Below, in pieces: positions 26,801 through 34,996 of a DNA stretch of 39,289 bases. Within the stretch, counting starts at the first letter, position 1. Each line of letters begins with the position of its first letter. A model generated the notes under the pieces. The model worked only from the letters and a program-made list of their open reading frames with translations, searched no databases and had not been told where the DNA came from. This stretch comes from Candidatus Nomurabacteria bacterium. GTDB lineage: Bacteria > Patescibacteriota > Minisyncoccia > Phycocordibacterales > UBA9973. The stretch covers positions 1-39,289 of the forward strand of contig JAHFNN010000007.1 of assembly GCA_023267315.1 (NCBI GenBank). The letters are read 5' to 3'. The position numbers and the translations under genes are program-made.

Positions 26801-27581
26801 ATTGAGTACCACACTTAATGGATTTGCGACGGATGATAATTTTGGAGGATCAACACTTACGACGAGTTGGACAAAAGTATCTGGACCTGGAACCGTGGCG
26901 TTTGGTACGCCAAATGTAGTTACTACGACCGCCATGTTCTCTACTTCGGGGAGTTACACACTTCAGCTTTATGCAACGGATGGGACATTGGCTGCGAGTG
27001 ATACTATTGTTATTAATATTACACCTAAACCAGCAGGATTCTTTGATGATTTTAATCGATCAGACAGTTCTGTGGTTGGAAATGGGTGGCAGACCATAGC
27101 CGGTTCTTTTGGAATAAAAAATAATAAGCTGACTTCTACATCTGGGGTGCAATCTAGAATTATTCAGCCAGCATCCTTTGTTGATCAAACAGTCTCAGCG
27201 ACATTCCAAAGATATAATTCTACTGGAGCAAGTAAGTTTTGCTTACTTCTTAGATACAAGGATGCGAATAATTATATGGATGCCTGTCAGACGTTTGGTG
27301 GATCTCAACAAATATATATGGCAAAAGTTGCCAATGGTTCAACCACCTTCAATTACGTAAAAGCAACGAATGGCTCCAATCTAAATACGGGAAACTACTA
27401 TACTCCGTTTACCATAAAGGCAAGCGCTATTGGTTCGACTTATTCAATGACTCTTACAAATCAGGACGGTACATATAACCTAGTACCATTTACCGACACC
27501 ACCTTAACTCAAGGAATGTCGGGAATCATGATCGGAGCATCTGCTGGTCTTGATACGATTGACGAATTCAATATTCAATAA
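23826..27581 (+). CDS. Giant membrane-anchored metzincin-type zinc metalloprotease (reprolysin-like) with Fn3, Ig-like, PKD-like and C-terminal lectin/LamG-like domains
   Basis: HEEGHLLGPNH (an HExxHxxGxxH motif) at 24999..25031, with a Met-turn GTIMSYC (Met codon 25158..25160). N-terminal anchor VVVVVILVLVLGVVFYLL. Fn3 repeats carry DSTPPSAPKNL...GSGVAGY. The C-terminal ~270 aa are collinear with the C-terminus of 6373..12390. Confidence 0.85.
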   Translation: MRNKNSVVVVVILVLVLGVVFYLLNKKTVQPEDTTPKTNVAEKTGGRVSEQVRVLKDQGIVFKPVDLLTPSTKVFKKMDSISYNAFTPKEAIVKDLLKNKDQYIAIQIPLMHSTNTASAASADDIATLNLYRVDSDPTNIMTSSGKKIVDETLSYRGDVDGSTTDSLASVTVTPSGEMYGLISDGTNTYNIQPIDRHDLSTGETVTTPTIVVFNVLDAGPNPLQRNDKHLDVPGVETQEHPSFDYFNLPVAHAAVTSTSRVVQWYWETDYDLFVDKGSAANVNTYIQGVFNQVKTLYANDGIPINLKTLYIWTTQDPYTGTTTDAYLNQFGSYRTSFDGNLATLIGYHGSGGIAYLGTLGFSTTQYRMSYCGISSSYSGVPSYSWTVECIAHEEGHLLGPNHTHDCVWNGNATKIDECGDVAGYKSGTCLPDPVPQLPVGGGTIMSYCDLTSAGINFTKGFGPQPAQLMVNVIENCHSADPNLCPTVTSTDTTPPVVSNVTVSNITSATATIHWTTDDASDSWVMYYSDPNVITGIPGNTNTTDHIANISSLLPSTTYYYSVKSTNSANLTSTPTPFVMFKTTTPDSTPPSAPKNLSATNTTASTTTLSWGASSDGTGSGVAGYFIYENGSTNPINSTAITATSYVVSGLSYSTTYTFQVLAKDLSGNPSALSNQISVTTLPPAVPFIVSGPTVSSITATAATITWDTDVVADTQVFFSTTAGGPYTTKTDPALVTHHSVSISGLSSNTKYYFLAKSVNVSGTATSAELNFTTLDTPDTTAPTVSITAPTGSSYQKGAVVVTATSADNVGGKGVRDVQFFVDSTTSTAIGVDATLPYSVTIDTTKYTNASHKLYAIACDNNLPTPNCRTSAAVSFYVDNLVPVTAVTAPTSNQTITGTTFTLKASATDTGSAVSKVDFYADGNLLGTDTTSAYTFAWNITTVTGTHRITSVATDKAGNTTTSSPVSVIVNPAATNQPPQVNAGSDQTIYLPTLSTTLNGFATDDNFGGSTLTTSWTKVSGPGTVAFGTPNVVTTTAMFSTSGSYTLQLYATDGTLAASDTIVINITPKPAGFFDDFNRSDSSVVGNGWQTIAGSFGIKNNKLTSTSGVQSRIIQPASFVDQTVSATFQRYNSTGASKFCLLLRYKDANNYMDACQTFGGSQQIYMAKVANGSTTFNYVKATNGSNLNTGNYYTPFTIKASAIGSTYSMTLTNQDGTYNLVPFTDTTLTQGMSGIMIGASAGLDTIDEFNIQ

Positions 27582-27597
27582 AAATAATGATGTAACA

Positions 27598-27625
27598 TAA
27601 AGACCCGCCTAGTGGCGGGTTTTTA
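27598..27625 (+). terminator. Intrinsic terminator
   Basis: aaagacccgcc-tagt-ggcgggttttt. Confidence 0.85.
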
Positions 27626-27640
27626 TGTTATAATTTTCGT

Positions 27641-28039
27641 GTGAATATGGAGGAAAAAAATGAGAAAAAATTTACAGGACTCGTATCTCATGCAAAGAGC
27701 ATGAGCAATGCCGTCCGTGGTATTCGGATTTTTATATTTAGTACCCCGAACGCATGGGTAGAGCTTGCGTTTGGTATCCTTGTTTTTACCCTCGGTATGT
27801 ATTTCTCTATATCTGCAACACAATGGCTGCTTCTTTTTGTAGTTGTCTTTCTGGTGCTTGCGGCGGAAGCATTTAATACTGCTATTGAAGTACATATGGA
27901 TCTTACATCACCACAGTATCATCCATTTGCTCGTGACACGAAAGATATTGCTGCTGGGGCGGTATTGATACTCTCGATCTTAGCTCTTATTGTTGCGTTT
28001 GGTATCTTTTTTCCAAAAATTTTCCCGTATTGTTTCTAG
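27641..28039 (+). CDS. dgkA: Diacylglycerol/undecaprenol kinase family protein (DgkA-like)
   Basis: 132 aa with three TM helices and the conserved EAFNTAIE and ...KDIAAGAVL motifs. The start could instead be ATG 27647. Confidence 0.75.
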   Translation: MNMEEKNEKKFTGLVSHAKSMSNAVRGIRIFIFSTPNAWVELAFGILVFTLGMYFSISATQWLLLFVVVFLVLAAEAFNTAIEVHMDLTSPQYHPFARDTKDIAAGAVLILSILALIVAFGIFFPKIFPYCF

Positions 28040-28049
28040 AAGTAATCTT

Positions 28050-28079
28050 AAAAAAGCCCTGCAATCGCAGGGTTTTTTA
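28050..28079 (+). terminator. Intrinsic terminator
   Basis: aaaaaagccctgc-aat-cgcagggtttttt. Confidence 0.85.
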
Positions 28080-28081
28080 GT

Positions 28082-28110
28082 TTGACTTCAATCTCTTTGA
28101 ATGGTATTCT
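28082..28110 (+). promoter_or_regulatory. Candidate promoter for pyrF
   Basis: TTGACT (28082..28087), a 17-nt spacer ending in TGg, then TATTCT (28105..28110). Confidence 0.4.
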
Positions 28111-28158
28111 GACCCCGAATTAGAAATCTATTGTTAAACAAGTTAAAAACTAAAAATT

Positions 28159-28944
28159 ATGAATCTCAGTCATCGCCTATCAGAGGCATTAAAGAAAGTT
28201 ATTTTTGCACTTGATATAAGTGATCTTGAAAAGGCAAAAGAACTCCTTATGAAAATTGGCCCGCATGTTGGAGGAATCAAAATTGGGCTTGAAACTCAAA
28301 CAGAATTTGGCGGACCGGTAATAATCAATTTGGTTGCTGGAGCGAATGGTAAAATATTTTATGATGGTAAATGGAACGATATTATGAAAACCATTGAAAA
28401 TGCTACTAAAGCACTTGCAACAAAAAAGAGCATAACCATGTTTAATGTGCATGCAACAAGTGGGGATGCTGCGATTCAGGCTGCAGTTCAAAATTGTGGA
28501 GATGCTATCGTTCTCGTGGTGACAGTTCTTACTTCAATTTCACCGGAGGAGTGTTATGAAATATTTCGGGATACTCCGGAAAATGTGGTATTGAAATTTG
28601 CGCGCAAAGCAAAGAGGAACGGCGCTCATGGTGTCATTTGTTCCGCGAAGGAATTACCGTTACTTATGGCAAATCCTGACGTGAAGGACTTGATTAAAGT
28701 AACGCCTGGCATTCAGCCCGAATGGATGAATTCGAATGATCAAAAAAGAGTAATGTCACCTGGTGAAGCAATTATGGCCGGGGCTGATTATGTTGTTATT
28801 GGTAGAGCTATATCCTCTCCTGATCCTAAGGCGGGTTGGGTGGATGCTCCTGCCAAAGGTGACTCACTTGCAGCTCTTAAGTTGATAGCTGAAGAAATTG
28901 CTCAGGCGATGGATGAATTGAAAGCTGTAGAGGGAAAAGTATAG
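28159..28944 (+). CDS. pyrF: Orotidine 5-prime-phosphate decarboxylase
   Basis: 261 aa. Contains ALDISDLEKA, GGIKIGLE, DGKWNDIMKT (corresponding to K.hDI..T), VTVLTS, and TPGIQ...GADYVVIGRAI. Confidence 0.85.
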   Translation: MNLSHRLSEALKKVIFALDISDLEKAKELLMKIGPHVGGIKIGLETQTEFGGPVIINLVAGANGKIFYDGKWNDIMKTIENATKALATKKSITMFNVHATSGDAAIQAAVQNCGDAIVLVVTVLTSISPEECYEIFRDTPENVVLKFARKAKRNGAHGVICSAKELPLLMANPDVKDLIKVTPGIQPEWMNSNDQKRVMSPGEAIMAGADYVVIGRAISSPDPKAGWVDAPAKGDSLAALKLIAEEIAQAMDELKAVEGKV

Positions 28945-28964
28945 TTTTGGTTTTGAATACAAAA

Positions 28965-29004
28965 TAAAAAAGGATAACCCCGATGTTTCGGTGTTATCCT
29001 TTTC
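28965..29004. terminator. Bidirectional terminator between pyrF and pyrE
   Basis: aaaaaaggataac-cccgatgtttcgg-tgttatcctttt, between convergent genes. Confidence 0.7.
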
Positions 29005-29029
29005 TTTTTGCCTTAAATTACAAATTAAA

Positions 29030-29710
29030 TTATTTTCCCCAACTCGCCGGGTTTTTTCTCCACGCCTGCAACGTTTCAAGATCGCTATTGCTAACGAATC
29101 CTCCTTGAATCGCTACTTCTATCAGCGTGTTGTAGTCGCATAATGAATAGTGTGGGCATCGTGCTTTGTCGAATTGCTCTTCAGCCACATCAAATCCATA
29201 AGTGAAAATTGAAATTAATCCTTTGACGTTCACGCCTCTCTCACGTAATGCCGCTACCGCTTTTAGTGAGCTGCCCCCGGTTGAGATTAAATCTTCAACC
29301 ACTACTGCTGATTGGCTGTCATTAATTTCTCCCTCGATCATGTTTTCTTTACCGTGGTCTTTTGGAGCTGAGCGAATATATGGCGCCGGAAGTTTTAGTG
29401 ACTCGGCCATAAGGGTTCCCCATGGTATTCCTGCTGTTGCAACTGATGCGACAACATCAAAAGGGGAGTAGAATTTTACAGCCCGGCGTGTCATTGATTG
29501 CCAAACAAATTCCCTGATTGTGGGGCGTGTGAGTGCCATCCTGTTATCACAATAAATGGGTGATTTCCATCCGGATGCCCAGGTGAATGGTTCATTCGGC
29601 TGTAATTTTATCGCCTTAATTTTTAAGAGAAATTCGGCTACTTGTTGCGCGATTTCTTTGTCAGTAAGAACCTCAGATTTGAGGTCAAATGCTTGGGTAT
29701 TCATAATCAA
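29030..29710 (-). CDS. pyrE: Orotate phosphoribosyltransferase
   Basis: 226 aa. PRPP-binding loop VVVEDLISTGGSS, plus N-terminal FTWASGWKSPIYCDNR, which is typical of type-I OPRTases. Confidence 0.85.
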   Translation of the reverse strand: MIMNTQAFDLKSEVLTDKEIAQQVAEFLLKIKAIKLQPNEPFTWASGWKSPIYCDNRMALTRPTIREFVWQSMTRRAVKFYSPFDVVASVATAGIPWGTLMAESLKLPAPYIRSAPKDHGKENMIEGEINDSQSAVVVEDLISTGGSSLKAVAALRERGVNVKGLISIFTYGFDVAEEQFDKARCPHYSLCDYNTLIEVAIQGGFVSNSDLETLQAWRKNPASWGK

Positions 29711-29787
29711 TTAGAATTTAGAGTTTAAATGATTTATTTCAAATTTACCCATTTCTACCATACAAAAGGTGGTAAGGCAATCAAAAT

Positions 29788-29824
29788 AAAAAAGTGGAAT
29801 CCAGTACAACTGAATTCCACTTTT
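29788..29824 (-). terminator. Intrinsic terminator after the dihydroorotase-like gene (minus strand)
   Basis: gtggaat...attccac stem. The minus strand continues with ttttttatttt. Confidence 0.65.
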
Positions 29825-29861
29825 GTGCGTATCTTTTGATACAGTTTAATTAAATGTGCGA

Positions 29862-31223
29862 CTATCTGCTAAATACCAACTCCATTGCTGGCGATTCAAA
29901 GGATGGAAATAATGGACTCACTTCTGTCACATCATCATGGTAGACAATAGTGCCATTAACAATCGTCATCATTACTTTACCTTTAAAGCTATGCCCTTCA
30001 AGAGGGCTCCATCCGCATTTGTAATGGATGTTTTTCTTTCCCACGTTCCATTTTATGCGCGGATCATAAATAGCGATATCAGCATAGTATCCCTCCTTAA
30101 TTTCTCCACGATCTCGTATACCAAAAATGTATGCTTGGTTCCGTGAAGTTTTTTCAGCGATCTGCGGATAGGTCATGTATCCTTTTCGTTGCCACTCGCA
30201 AAGCATGTCTAAACGATGTTGTACCAAAGGAAGTCCTGATGGGCATTTAAAGTATGGAAGGGCTTTTTCTTCAACCGTATGCGGAGCATGATCCGTGTTT
30301 ATCACATCAGTGTCAACGAGTGCTTTGAGAAGTGCCTGCTGGTGTCGTGCATCTTTAATTGCCGGGTTGCATTTTATCCAGGAACCCAAACGTTCATAAT
30401 CATCAGCGTTGAACCACGGGTGGTGCACGCATAATTCCATGAATATTCGCTTCTCCATTATCGGGGTAGCAAAATCAAATAACTTAAGTTCTTCGGCAGT
30501 GCTTATATGATAGATAAGTAGATGTGTACCGAACTCTTTTGCTAATGAAAATGCAAGTGAACTACTTTTAAGACATGCTTCCATTGGCCTAATCAGCGGG
30601 TGGTCGCTCATAAGGATCTCATCTTTTTCAGCGTAGAGATTCTCGTTGAATTTGATCATTTTTTCATCTTCGCAATGAGTGATTACGAGCTTGCCCAATT
30701 TAAAGATTCCTTCCAGTACACTTCTGTTATCTACCAGCATATTGCCAGTAGAAGAACCCATGAATACTTTTATGCCAGGTATTCGGTCGCGATGCATTTC
30801 TATTGCGAGCTGCAGTTCAGGAAGATTTTCGTTGGTTGCGCCTAAATTACAAGAGTAATTAATAAGCGATGTTTGTTTTGCCAACTTTAGTCTTTCATAC
30901 AAACGAGCTATTGTTGTTACTGCAGGATTGGTGTTTGGTTGCTCAATATATGAAGTAACACCTCCTGCTGCAGCTGCGCGTGTTTCACTGAAAATTGTCG
31001 CTTTATAATCCTGAAGTTCATCACGGAAATGTACTTGGCCATCGATGAGACCAGGGAATATGAGCATCCCATAGCATTTGATAATCACTGCATCTGCCGG
31101 ATTTGCTGAAATGTTTTCGGCAATCTTTATAATGAGCTTACCTTCAATAAGAATGTCGGCTCGGAGAAATCCGAGATGGGTAACAATAGTGCCACCTTTA
31201 AGTAATGTCTGATTTTTTTTCAT
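29862..31223 (-). CDS. pyrC: Dihydroorotase-like cyclic amidohydrolase
   Basis: 453 aa. Contains PGLIDGQVHFRD (in place of the canonical D.HVH.R), GIKVFMG, ITHCED, IYHIST and NTDHAPH, consistent with the amidohydrolase superfamily dihydroorotase/allantoinase branch. Confidence 0.75.
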   Translation of the reverse strand: MKKNQTLLKGGTIVTHLGFLRADILIEGKLIIKIAENISANPADAVIIKCYGMLIFPGLIDGQVHFRDELQDYKATIFSETRAAAAGGVTSYIEQPNTNPAVTTIARLYERLKLAKQTSLINYSCNLGATNENLPELQLAIEMHRDRIPGIKVFMGSSTGNMLVDNRSVLEGIFKLGKLVITHCEDEKMIKFNENLYAEKDEILMSDHPLIRPMEACLKSSSLAFSLAKEFGTHLLIYHISTAEELKLFDFATPIMEKRIFMELCVHHPWFNADDYERLGSWIKCNPAIKDARHQQALLKALVDTDVINTDHAPHTVEEKALPYFKCPSGLPLVQHRLDMLCEWQRKGYMTYPQIAEKTSRNQAYIFGIRDRGEIKEGYYADIAIYDPRIKWNVGKKNIHYKCGWSPLEGHSFKGKVMMTIVNGTIVYHDDVTEVSPLFPSFESPAMELVFSR

Positions 31224-31391
31224 GACGGTATATGGATTTTAGTTGGTTATTTTAGTTGTGAATTTGTCTTCATACTACGTATTTTTGCTTAAAAGGCAAA
31301 TAGAAAAAGATAATTAAAAACTTTACTTTGTATAAGAATAAGCTTACTATTTCTTAGGTTTAGAACTATATAAAACTTAAAATCAACCGCT

Positions 31392-31931
31392 ATGAATATA
31401 CCTACTAGTACTCTTTTTACCCAGGAAAATTTCTGGGGCACTCATTTTAAAAAAGTTGCTCTTCTGAAAAATTTCCCTCGAATTGAGGGGGTTATACATT
31501 ATTCCGATGTGATTGGCACCGATTCTGTATATCTCAAATTCTATAATGAAACTACGAATGAGTTCCAATACAAGTATTTTCATTTAGAGGATTTTCAGAT
31601 TGTGCAAGATTGTTCGAGATTATTTTTTAAAAACCTTGATGCTTTTGCAGAAAAAATAAAAATTGGTCCGGCAAGAGTTTTTAAAGAAAAAATTGCTGAG
31701 ATTCAAATTACAGATACCCATAGAGAGCTCCTTCTTTTTGCTGAATATTTATACGTATGTGGCAGATATAAGTGGGCACAACCGCTTTTATTTAAAGATA
31801 TGGCAAAGGATTTAAGAGTCGCCAGAATGAAAGGTCTATTAAAAGATTGCAGTGAAGTACATGTCGAACTTCTGCTTCGACTTGTTGCAGCTCGTATCGG
31901 GTATGTATTAGGGAATCATCCCGGAGACTAA
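31392..31931 (+). CDS. Hypothetical cytoplasmic protein
   Basis: 179-aa ORF with no TM segment and no recognisable motif. It is followed by a terminator. Confidence 0.5.
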   Translation: MNIPTSTLFTQENFWGTHFKKVALLKNFPRIEGVIHYSDVIGTDSVYLKFYNETTNEFQYKYFHLEDFQIVQDCSRLFFKNLDAFAEKIKIGPARVFKEKIAEIQITDTHRELLLFAEYLYVCGRYKWAQPLLFKDMAKDLRVARMKGLLKDCSEVHVELLLRLVAARIGYVLGNHPGD

Positions 31932-31948
31932 GCGGTAATGATATTCAA

Positions 31949-31985
31949 GAAGCCCAATATACTAAAAAGTATGTTGGGTTTTTTA
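31949..31985 (+). terminator. Intrinsic terminator
   Basis: cccaatatact-aaaa-agtatgttggg with one G-U pair, followed by tttttta. Confidence 0.7.
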
Positions 31986-32168
31986 TTTTAACCCTAATTG
32001 GTACTATTTTTAGTAAAACTATCAAAAATGACTCAAAAGTAGTGGTATGAACCTATCTCATTGACGCGATACTCTACTTATAAATATCGTGTAGTCTATC
32101 GATATATAGGTAGAGTCTTAGCTAAGGCGCGATCCCTGTGTTTTAAAGGGGAAATAAGCGAGCAATAT

Positions 32169-32196
32169 TTGACATTATTATAGGATTTGCTAGTAT
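32169..32196 (+). promoter_or_regulatory. Strong sigma70-type promoter for the rpsS...rplE block
   Basis: TTGACA (32169..32174), a 16-nt spacer, then TGc-TAGTAT (32191..32196). The architecture and flanks match the tuf promoter (gcgagc..atttgaca.tta.t.ta...tttgctagtatg). Confidence 0.7.
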
Positions 32197-32235
32197 GAAC
32201 CCACTGGCTCTAGAGGAGCTATTTTAATTAGTCAC

Positions 32236-32583
32236 ATGACACGATCACTTAAAAAAGGACCATATGTAGACCTACGCCTTCTCAAGAAGATTGAGGGCAA
32301 AAAGCCTTTGGATACAGGGGTTATTAAGACTTGGGCTCGAGCATCACAGATCTCTCCAGAAATGGTGGGTTTCATCTTTGGTGTCCACAATGGTAAAAAC
32401 CACGTTGAAGTACTCGTTACTGAAGACATGGTAGGTCATCGATTGGGTGAATTTTCCCTTACTCGTAAGTTCGTCCGTCATGGAGGTCAAATGCAGAAGG
32501 CTATTGAAGCGAAGCAGAAAGAGTCTGAAATTGCAGCTGCTCAAGCAGCTAAGGCTTCTGTCTCTGATAAGGCTAAGAAATAA
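32236..32583 (+). CDS. rpsS: 30S ribosomal protein S19 with a C-terminal extension
   Basis: [12 protein letters not shown]...VHNGK..V.V..T..MVGH.LGEF..TR is the S19 pattern. About 20 extra C-terminal residues. Confidence 0.95.
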   Translation: MTRSLKKGPYVDLRLLKKIEGKKPLDTGVIKTWARASQISPEMVGFIFGVHNGKNHVEVLVTEDMVGHRLGEFSLTRKFVRHGGQMQKAIEAKQKESEIAAAQAAKASVSDKAKK

Positions 32584-32601
32584 TTTTTTTATATATAAAC
32601 C

Positions 32602-33057
32602 ATGCGCGCTACACTTACAAACTACAGACAATCACCTCGAAAGGTTCGCCTCGTTGCAAACCTCATAAAAGGGAAGAGTGTTGATCAGGCTAATACAGAG
32701 CTCTCATTTTTGGCTAAGCGTGCGTCATTGCCATTCCAAAAGCTACTTCAGTCAGCTGTTGCAAACGCAAAACAGAACTCTGGTATAGATGCAGCAAATC
32801 TTTTTGTAGTCGATGCACGTGTTGATAAGGGTGTTGTTATGAAGCGCAGTATGCCTCGCGCGATGGGATCTGCTTCACGAATCAACAAGCGTTCAAGTCA
32901 CGTTACAATCGTGCTTGGAGAGCGTGGTGCGGTAGTCGCACCAAAGGCTAAAAAGGTTTCATTGAAGGTTGAAAAGACAGAAAAGGTTGCTGAGAAAAAG
33001 GTAGTAAAAGCTAAAACAGCCGTTAAAAAAGTTACCAAGAAAGAAAAAGCAAAATAA
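32602..33057 (+). CDS. rplV: 50S ribosomal protein L22 with a Lys-rich C-terminal tail
   Basis: 151 aa. Contains RQSPRKVRLVANLIKG and GVVMKRSMPRAMGSASRINKRSSHVTIVL, followed by a ~40-aa KKV-rich tail. Confidence 0.95.
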   Translation: MRATLTNYRQSPRKVRLVANLIKGKSVDQANTELSFLAKRASLPFQKLLQSAVANAKQNSGIDAANLFVVDARVDKGVVMKRSMPRAMGSASRINKRSSHVTIVLGERGAVVAPKAKKVSLKVEKTEKVAEKKVVKAKTAVKKVTKKEKAK

Positions 33058-33060
33058 TAT

Positions 33061-33732
33061 ATGTCAAAAATCGTTCACCCATATGCGCATAGATTGATTA
33101 TTCTCCGAGACTGGAAGTCTCGCTGGTTTGCGCTTGATAAAAAGTACAAGGATTACTTGAAAGGAGATGTCCTTCTTCGAGAATACCTCACGAAGAAACT
33201 TCGTGGTTTTTACGTTTCATCTATTGAAATGGAACGCAGTCCAAAATCAACCAAGATCATTATCCGTACTTCACGCCCAGGTATGATTATTGGACGTTCT
33301 GGTGAAGGTGCAGTCAAACTCAAACAAGATATCATTCGCACAATGAAGAAAATGAAAGTGAGTGTTCCAGAGGAACTCAAAGTTGATATTGTTGAAATCC
33401 CAGTACCAGAAGCTGATGCTGCAATTGTTGCATACATGGTCGCTGAAGGACTTGAAAAGCGTATGCCGTATCGTCGTGTCATGAAACAGACGATTGAAAA
33501 GGTGATGAATGCACGTGGTGTGCAGGGAGCACGTGTGGTGCTTGGTGGCCGCTTGGGTGGAGCTGAAATTTCTCGTGGGGAAGAGTTGAAGCGTGGTTCT
33601 ATTCCACTTCAGACCTTCCGTGCAGATATCGATTTCGCTCGCGAGAAGGCACACATGACATACGGAGACATCGGAATCAAGGTCTGGATTTACCGAGGAG
33701 AAGTTTTTGCTGAGAAAAAAGCAGTTAAATAA
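33061..33732 (+). CDS. rpsC: 30S ribosomal protein S3
   Basis: 223 aa. KH-domain sequence IIIRTSRPGMIIGRSGEG and a C-terminal domain LGGAEISR.E....GSIPLQTFRADIDF. Confidence 0.96.
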   Translation: MSKIVHPYAHRLIILRDWKSRWFALDKKYKDYLKGDVLLREYLTKKLRGFYVSSIEMERSPKSTKIIIRTSRPGMIIGRSGEGAVKLKQDIIRTMKKMKVSVPEELKVDIVEIPVPEADAAIVAYMVAEGLEKRMPYRRVMKQTIEKVMNARGVQGARVVLGGRLGGAEISRGEELKRGSIPLQTFRADIDFAREKAHMTYGDIGIKVWIYRGEVFAEKKAVK

Positions 33733-33737
33733 TATTT

Positions 33738-34157
33738 ATGTTGGTACCAAAAAAAGTAAAACATCGAAAATGGCACTCGGATCGTAAGAATCCAAAGACA
33801 ACAACACCTGACACACGAGGTACGACTCTTTCATTTGGTTCATTTGGATTGAAAGCTATCACTGGTACACGTGTCCGTTCAAACCAAATCGAGTCTGCTC
33901 GTAAAGCAATGGCGCGTAGTGTTTCAAAGACTGGCCGTGTCTGGATTCGTATTTTCCCTGATCGACCATATACCTCAAAGCCACCAGAAGTGGGAATGGG
34001 AAAAGGAAAGGGTGATCCACAAGGATACTGTTTTGAAGTACGCCCAGGACGAATCATTTTTGAAGTTGATGGAGTTGAAGAAGCTGTTGCGCGTGAAGCA
34101 CTTCGAAAGGCAGGTACCAAATTGCCAATCAAGACTCGCGTAGTAAGCCGAGCATAA
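33738..34157 (+). CDS. rplP: 50S ribosomal protein L16
   Basis: MLVPKKVKHRKWH..., RIFPD.P.T.KP.EVGMGKGKG.P and the operon position. Confidence 0.96.
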   Translation: MLVPKKVKHRKWHSDRKNPKTTTPDTRGTTLSFGSFGLKAITGTRVRSNQIESARKAMARSVSKTGRVWIRIFPDRPYTSKPPEVGMGKGKGDPQGYCFEVRPGRIIFEVDGVEEAVAREALRKAGTKLPIKTRVVSRA

Positions 34158-34166
34158 TACATTTTT

Positions 34167-34355
34167 ATGGAAGACATTAAAAAGATGAATGACAACGAAA
34201 TAAAGAAGTCGATTACTGAGAAACAAGAAAAGTTGCGATCATTTCGATTTGGTATTTCAGGCGGAAAGACAAAGAACGTCAAAGAAGGACGAACTCTTCG
34301 CCGAGAAATCGCGCAGCTATTTACTGAACTTACTTCACGTGCATTACAAGCGTAA
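34167..34355 (+). CDS. rpmC: 50S ribosomal protein L29
   Basis: 62 aa, helical and Lys/Glu-rich (EKLRSFRF....GKTKNV...R.LRREIAQL), lying between rplP and rpsQ. Confidence 0.88.
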   Translation: MEDIKKMNDNEIKKSITEKQEKLRSFRFGISGGKTKNVKEGRTLRREIAQLFTELTSRALQA

Positions 34356-34364
34356 TATTTATAT

Positions 34365-34616
34365 ATGAAAGAAAAAGTTGAAATAACAAAAAATAAGAAA
34401 GCGCTTCGCGGTACGGTTGTATCTGACAAGATGGATAAGACTGTTGTCGTTTCAGTAACTCGCTTCGTAAAGCACCCTAAGTACAAGAAGCACATCAAAA
34501 AGAGTAAGCGATACAAGGCGCATGATGAGAATAATACCTATAAAGTAGGTGACATTGTGACGATTCAAGAAACACGACCAATGTCGAAAGATAAGCATTT
34601 TAAAGTATTAGCATAA
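34365..34616 (+). CDS. rpsQ: 30S ribosomal protein S17
   Basis: 83 aa. Contains [18 protein letters not shown]...HP.Y.K......K...HDE.N....GD.V.I.E.RP.SK. Confidence 0.95.
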   Translation: MKEKVEITKNKKALRGTVVSDKMDKTVVVSVTRFVKHPKYKKHIKKSKRYKAHDENNTYKVGDIVTIQETRPMSKDKHFKVLA

Positions 34617-34620
34617 TTAT

Positions 34621-34992
34621 ATGATTCAAGACGGAACAGTAGTAAAAATTACAGATAACGCCGGCGGTAAGATCGGCAAGGTATTCAAAGTGCTCGGTGG
34701 TTCACGCCGACGCTATGCTTCTATTGGCGACCGCGTCATCATTTCTATCAAGATCGCAGAACCTCGTAAGGCAGTAAAGAAAAAGGATGTACATCAAGCT
34801 GTGGTTGTTCGCGTACGAAATGCGTTCCGCCGAAAAGATGGATCATATATTCGTTTTGATGATAACGCTGTCGTGATTTTAGAAAAAGATAAACAAGAAC
34901 CAAAGGCAGGACGCGTCTTCGGTCCAATTCCTCGTGAATTGGGTGAGAAGGGCTATCAGAAGATTATTTCTTTGGCACCTGAGGTTATTTAA
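34621..34992 (+). CDS. rplN: 50S ribosomal protein L14
   Basis: MIQDGTVVKITDNAGGK...V.V.....R.DGS.IRFD.NA.V....GPI.REL is the L14 signature. Confidence 0.96.
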   Translation: MIQDGTVVKITDNAGGKIGKVFKVLGGSRRRYASIGDRVIISIKIAEPRKAVKKKDVHQAVVVRVRNAFRRKDGSYIRFDDNAVVILEKDKQEPKAGRVFGPIPRELGEKGYQKIISLAPEVI

Positions 34993-34996
34993 TACT

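Noticed and set aside
5224-32235. The insertions interpreted as genomic islands, prophage or transposon cargo.
   Set aside because: No integrase, transposase, phage genes, tRNA attachment site or flanking direct repeats are visible. By eye, base composition and the SD-less gene starts resemble the ribosomal genes.
33725-34516. A 263-aa minus-strand ORF, and similar long antisense ORFs at 22119..22793, 21376..21888, 13466..13918, 9024..9371 and 33271..33654.
   Set aside because: Each lies entirely antisense to highly conserved ribosomal-protein, EF-G or protease genes. They have low-complexity, unrecognisable translations and are shadow ORFs.
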